In this document: positions 60,413-64,000 of the stretch, piece by piece | How positions within the stretch are numbered: position 1 is the stretch's first letter | Layout of the letters: each line of letters starts with the position of its first letter | From: Basidiobolus meristosporus CBS 931.73 | Lineage: Eukaryota > Fungi > Basidiobolomycota | Length of the DNA: 64,000 bases | Assembly (NCBI GenBank): GCA_002104905.1 | Contig: MCFE01000005.1 | Coordinates: 1 to 64,000, forward strand | Direction of reading: 5' to 3' | Translations under genes and position numbers: made by a program | Notes under the pieces: model-generated | What the model saw: the letters and a program-made list of their open reading frames with translations, nothing else | The model's database searches: none | What the model was told of the DNA's origin: nothing

Positions 60413-62000
60413 ATGGTTCTTGACAACTCCTTTAACATCGACAACTTCATCAATGGCGAATACATTGCCCCATCTTCCGGGCAGTATATTGACAACTTCA
60501 ACCCGAGCACCGGGAAGGTACAAATCATCTTACTCAATTTACCGGGAGCTGAGGCTAACCTTTATCTGCTTCTAAACTAGGTGTACTCTCAAGTTGCAAA
60601 CTCTGGGGTCGAGGATGTGAACAATGCAGTCGAGGCAGCCTCGAAGGCACTTCCTCTTTGGTCTGCGACGTCTCGTGAGGAGCGGTCCAAAGTGCTCCTT
60701 AGAATAGCCGATCTATTGGAAGCTCGGGCTGAAGAGATTGGACGTGCTGAATCAGAGGATCAAGGGAAGCCTGCCACTATGGCTATACATGGCGATGTTC
60801 CAAAATCAGCTGCCATGTTTCGCTACTTTGGTACTCTAATACTGCACACCAAGGAAACAGTCAATGTGATGGATGGAGTCGGCATGAGCTACACTCAGAG
60901 AATGCCAGTTGGTGTTTGTGCATTAGTGAGCCCTTGGAATTTTCCACTCTATCTACTAGTTTGGAAGATCGCTCCATGCATTGCAGCTGGGTGCACAGCC
61001 GTTTGTAAGCCAAGTGAGTTCACCAGTGTTACCGCCAACAGTAAGTATCTCAAGGAACAACCCACCATTCCCATTGTCTAACCGTGAGTATCGTGCAGTG
61101 CTGTGTGCAGTGATGAAAGAAGCAGGCCTACCCGATGGTGTTTGTAACATGGTGTTTGGTACAGGAAGCCAAACTGGGTCGGTGTTGGTTGAGCATCCAC
61201 AGGTGGCTGCTATATCATTCACTGGGGGATGCGAGACCGGCAGCAAGATCAATGAGGCTGGCAGCAGAGGGCTCAAGAAGGTCGCGTTGGAGCTGGGTGG
61301 AAAGAATGCGAACATTGTTTTCGAAGATGTTGACTTGCCAACCTGTATCCCAGTCTCAGTCAAGTCAGCGTTCCTCAACCAGGGGGAGATATGCCTCTGC
61401 AACTCCCGCATGTTTATTCACCGCTCTGTGTATGACGAATTCCTGGAGCTTTTCGTTGCCGAGACCAAGAAGTTGGTGGTTGGAGATCCTAGCAACAAGA
61501 GCACCTTCATGGGCCCCGTTGTGAATCGCAGCCAGTACGAAAAGATCCTAGGCTACATCGAACTTGCCAAACAGGAGGGTGGCAAGATCGAGTGTGGTGG
61601 CGTCGAGAAGCCACCAGGTGTCCTGGGCACTGAGCTCGAAGGGGGGTACTTCATCCAGCCAACCGTGATCACTGGATTGAGTCCCAACTCCAGGGTCATG
61701 CAAGAGGAGATCTTTGGGCCGGTTGTGGCCATCTGCCCATTTGATGACGAGGACGAGGTTATTGCGCTAGCCAATGGTACCAAATATGGTCTCAGTGCCT
61801 CGGTCTGGTCACGATGTGGTCAAAGAGCCCGCAGGGTGGCGGAGAAGCTGCGCACTGGCAATGTGTGGATCAATACCTGGATGGTGCGTGACATGTCGAT
61901 GCCATTTGGGGGAGTGAAAGCCTCTGGACTTGGCCGTGAAGGGGGTGAGTATGCACTTAATTTCTTCACTGACTACAAATCCATCATGCTTGCAAATTGA
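60413..62000 (+). CDS. Aldehyde dehydrogenase, ALDH8A1/aminomuconate-semialdehyde dehydrogenase-like, copy 1; introns 60518-60580 and 61041-61098
   Basis: PWNFPL, KPSE, ISFTGG, ALELGGKNA (catalytic Glu), FLNQGEICLC (catalytic Cys), EEIFGPV and WMVRDMSMPFGG. Confidence 0.93.
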
Positions 62001-62752
62001 AATATCATAAGCCTTTCAAGCTGCCAAATAAATGTATTATATTTGATATCGTATTTCTTATACATTCTCGCTAAAAACAACCTGTAGTGTTATTAGTGTC
62101 ATTTCAGCAAATACAGATCTTATGGACAATTTGTACGTATCAGACGCAAAAATTCGAAACGGAAAACCCCGTTTAGAGGATATCCGCATTTGGACACTGG
62201 AGGCACTGAATATCAGGAATATTTGTCCATATTTTATCCTAATGAGCCAATTGGCACATTTACCTATAAAATAAGAAGCAAAATAGCATTGCAGATAATG
62301 GCTTCCATTCCAGTTAAATAGGCTTTAGATGAGAGAGCATTGCACCCTAGTTTCATTGATACGAGCCATCTCTTTTGAGGCATGTACGTGCAGAGTATAT
62401 TGATAAGGGAAGTGAGTGTCTGCCTCATACAACAGGAAGTTAAAAAGGAGAAATGCATCATGAAAAATTTGATTTGGCAATATACCGTCACTCTGAAGAT
62501 CCCTTCCACTTCAATTGATCTTATCAATGATGCCAAAGCGTCAGATGTGTAATCCTGGAACTTTCATGCTTGGCGGATACATCAAGTCAGGGATTCTAGA
62601 AGTATGATTCACTATTTGCCCAGAATCAATGCAAAGATGTTTACTTGGATCAAGCAAATGAAACGCCACGCACTCAGATCATAAGTTTGCATATACGGCT
62701 AAGGGAGATATATTTTGGTTATCTGCTACTTTTTGCAGTTTCATATCCAGCA

Positions 62753-64000
62753 ATGGTTATTGATAACTTCTTTAGCGTCGACAACTTCATCAATGGCGAA
62801 TACATTGCCCCATCTTCCGGGCAGTATATTGACAACTTCAACCCGAGCACCGGGAAGGTACAAATCATCTTACTCAATTTGCCGGGAGCTGAGGCTAACC
62901 TTTATCTGCTTCTAAACTAGGTGTACTCTCAAGTTGCAAACTCTGGGGTCGAGGATGTGAACAATGCAGTCGAGGCAGCCTCGAAGGCACTTCCTCTTTG
63001 GTCTGCGACGTCTCGTGAGGAGCGGTCCAAAGTGCTCCTTAGGATAGCCGATCTATGGGAAGCTCGGGCTAAAGAGTTTGCACATGCCGAGTCGAAGGAT
63101 CAAGGAAAGCCCGCTACTCTGGCCATGGATGTTGATGTCCTAGGATCTGTTGCCATGTTTCGCTACTTTGGTACTCTAATACTGCACACCAAGGAAACAG
63201 TCAATGTGATGGATGGGGTCGGCATGAGCTACACTCAGAGAATGCCAGTTGGTGTTTGTGCATTAGTGAGCCCTTGGAATTTCCCAATCCATTTACTAGT
63301 TTGGAAGATCGCTCCATGCATTGCCGCTGGGTGCACAGCCGTTTGTAAGCCAAGTGAGTTCACCAGTGTTACCGCCAACAGTAAGTATCTCAAGGAACAA
63401 CCCACCATTCCCATTGTCTAACCGTGAGTGTCGTACAGTGCTGTGTGCAGTGATGAAAGAAGCAGGCCTACCCGATGGTGTTTGTAACATGGTGTTTGGT
63501 ACAGGAAGCCAAACTGGGTCGGTGTTGGTTGAGCATCCACAGGTGGCTGCTATATCATTCACTGGGGGATGCGAGACCGGCAGCAAGATCAATGAGGCTG
63601 GCAGCAGAGGGCTCAAGAAGGTCGCGTTGGAGCTGGGTGGAAAGAATGCGAACATTGTTTTCGAAGATGTTGACTTGCCAACCTGTATTCCAGTCTCAGT
63701 CAAGTCAGCGTTCCTCAACCAGGGGGAGATATGCCTCTGCAACTCCCGCATGTTTGTTCACCGCTCTGTGTATGACGAATTCCTGGAGCTTTTCGTTGCC
63801 GAGACCAAGAAGTTGGTGGTTGGAGATCCTAGCAACAAGAGCACCTTCATGGGCCCCGTTGTGAATCGCAGCCAGTACGAAAAGATCCTAGGCTACATCG
63901 AGCTTGCCAAACAGGAGGGTGGCAAGATCGAGTGTGGTGGCGTCGAGAAGCCATCAGGTGTCCTGGGCACTGAGCTCGAAGGGGGGTACTTCATCCAGCC
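62753..64000 (+). CDS. Aldehyde dehydrogenase copy 2 (tandem duplicate, 2340 bp offset), truncated by the window end
   Basis: Same exon structure, near-identical introns and catalytic motifs as copy 1. Confidence 0.92.

Noticed and set aside
1-64000. tRNA, rRNA or intact transposon
   Set aside because: By eye I found no cloverleaf with T-loop/D-loop consensus, no rRNA stretch (the GAGCTGGGTTTA matches are snoRNA guides), and no RT, integrase or transposase motifs.

Overview
Gene-dense, intron-containing fungal genomic DNA with short GT-AG introns. The gene content (CABLES-like, TBRG1-like, DUF4436, group XII sPLA2, orphan 7TM) points to an early-diverging lineage; Basidiobolus-like is an inference. 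The main feature is a ~17 kb GlcNAc-catabolism hotspot (5090-22455) with four glucosamine-6-P deaminase (NAG1) and three GlcNAc-6-P deacetylase (DAC1) genes, interleaved with SEC62, a FYR-domain gene and CTF8. The paralogs are near-identical in coding cores but unrelated in flanks and show mosaic sharing suggestive of gene conversion. A secreted tyrosinase lies tail-to-tail with an intact paralog that has lost its copper ligands. Between them is an unannotated spliced non-coding host transcript carrying intronic box C/D snoRNAs. Other observations: a C1+Pex24p/DysF fusion, an sPLA2 with HD->HV, a pLGIC-like DUF4436 gene, an intronless secreted bacterial-like amine oxidase, and tandem ALDH8A1-like genes that differ mainly in one putative substrate-channel patch. 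The rest is housekeeping (MOB1, RVS161, EDC3, eIF3f, MED8, ALG7, URA5, an amino-acid permease, a bZIP). Exon structures were inferred by eye and no database searches were run.
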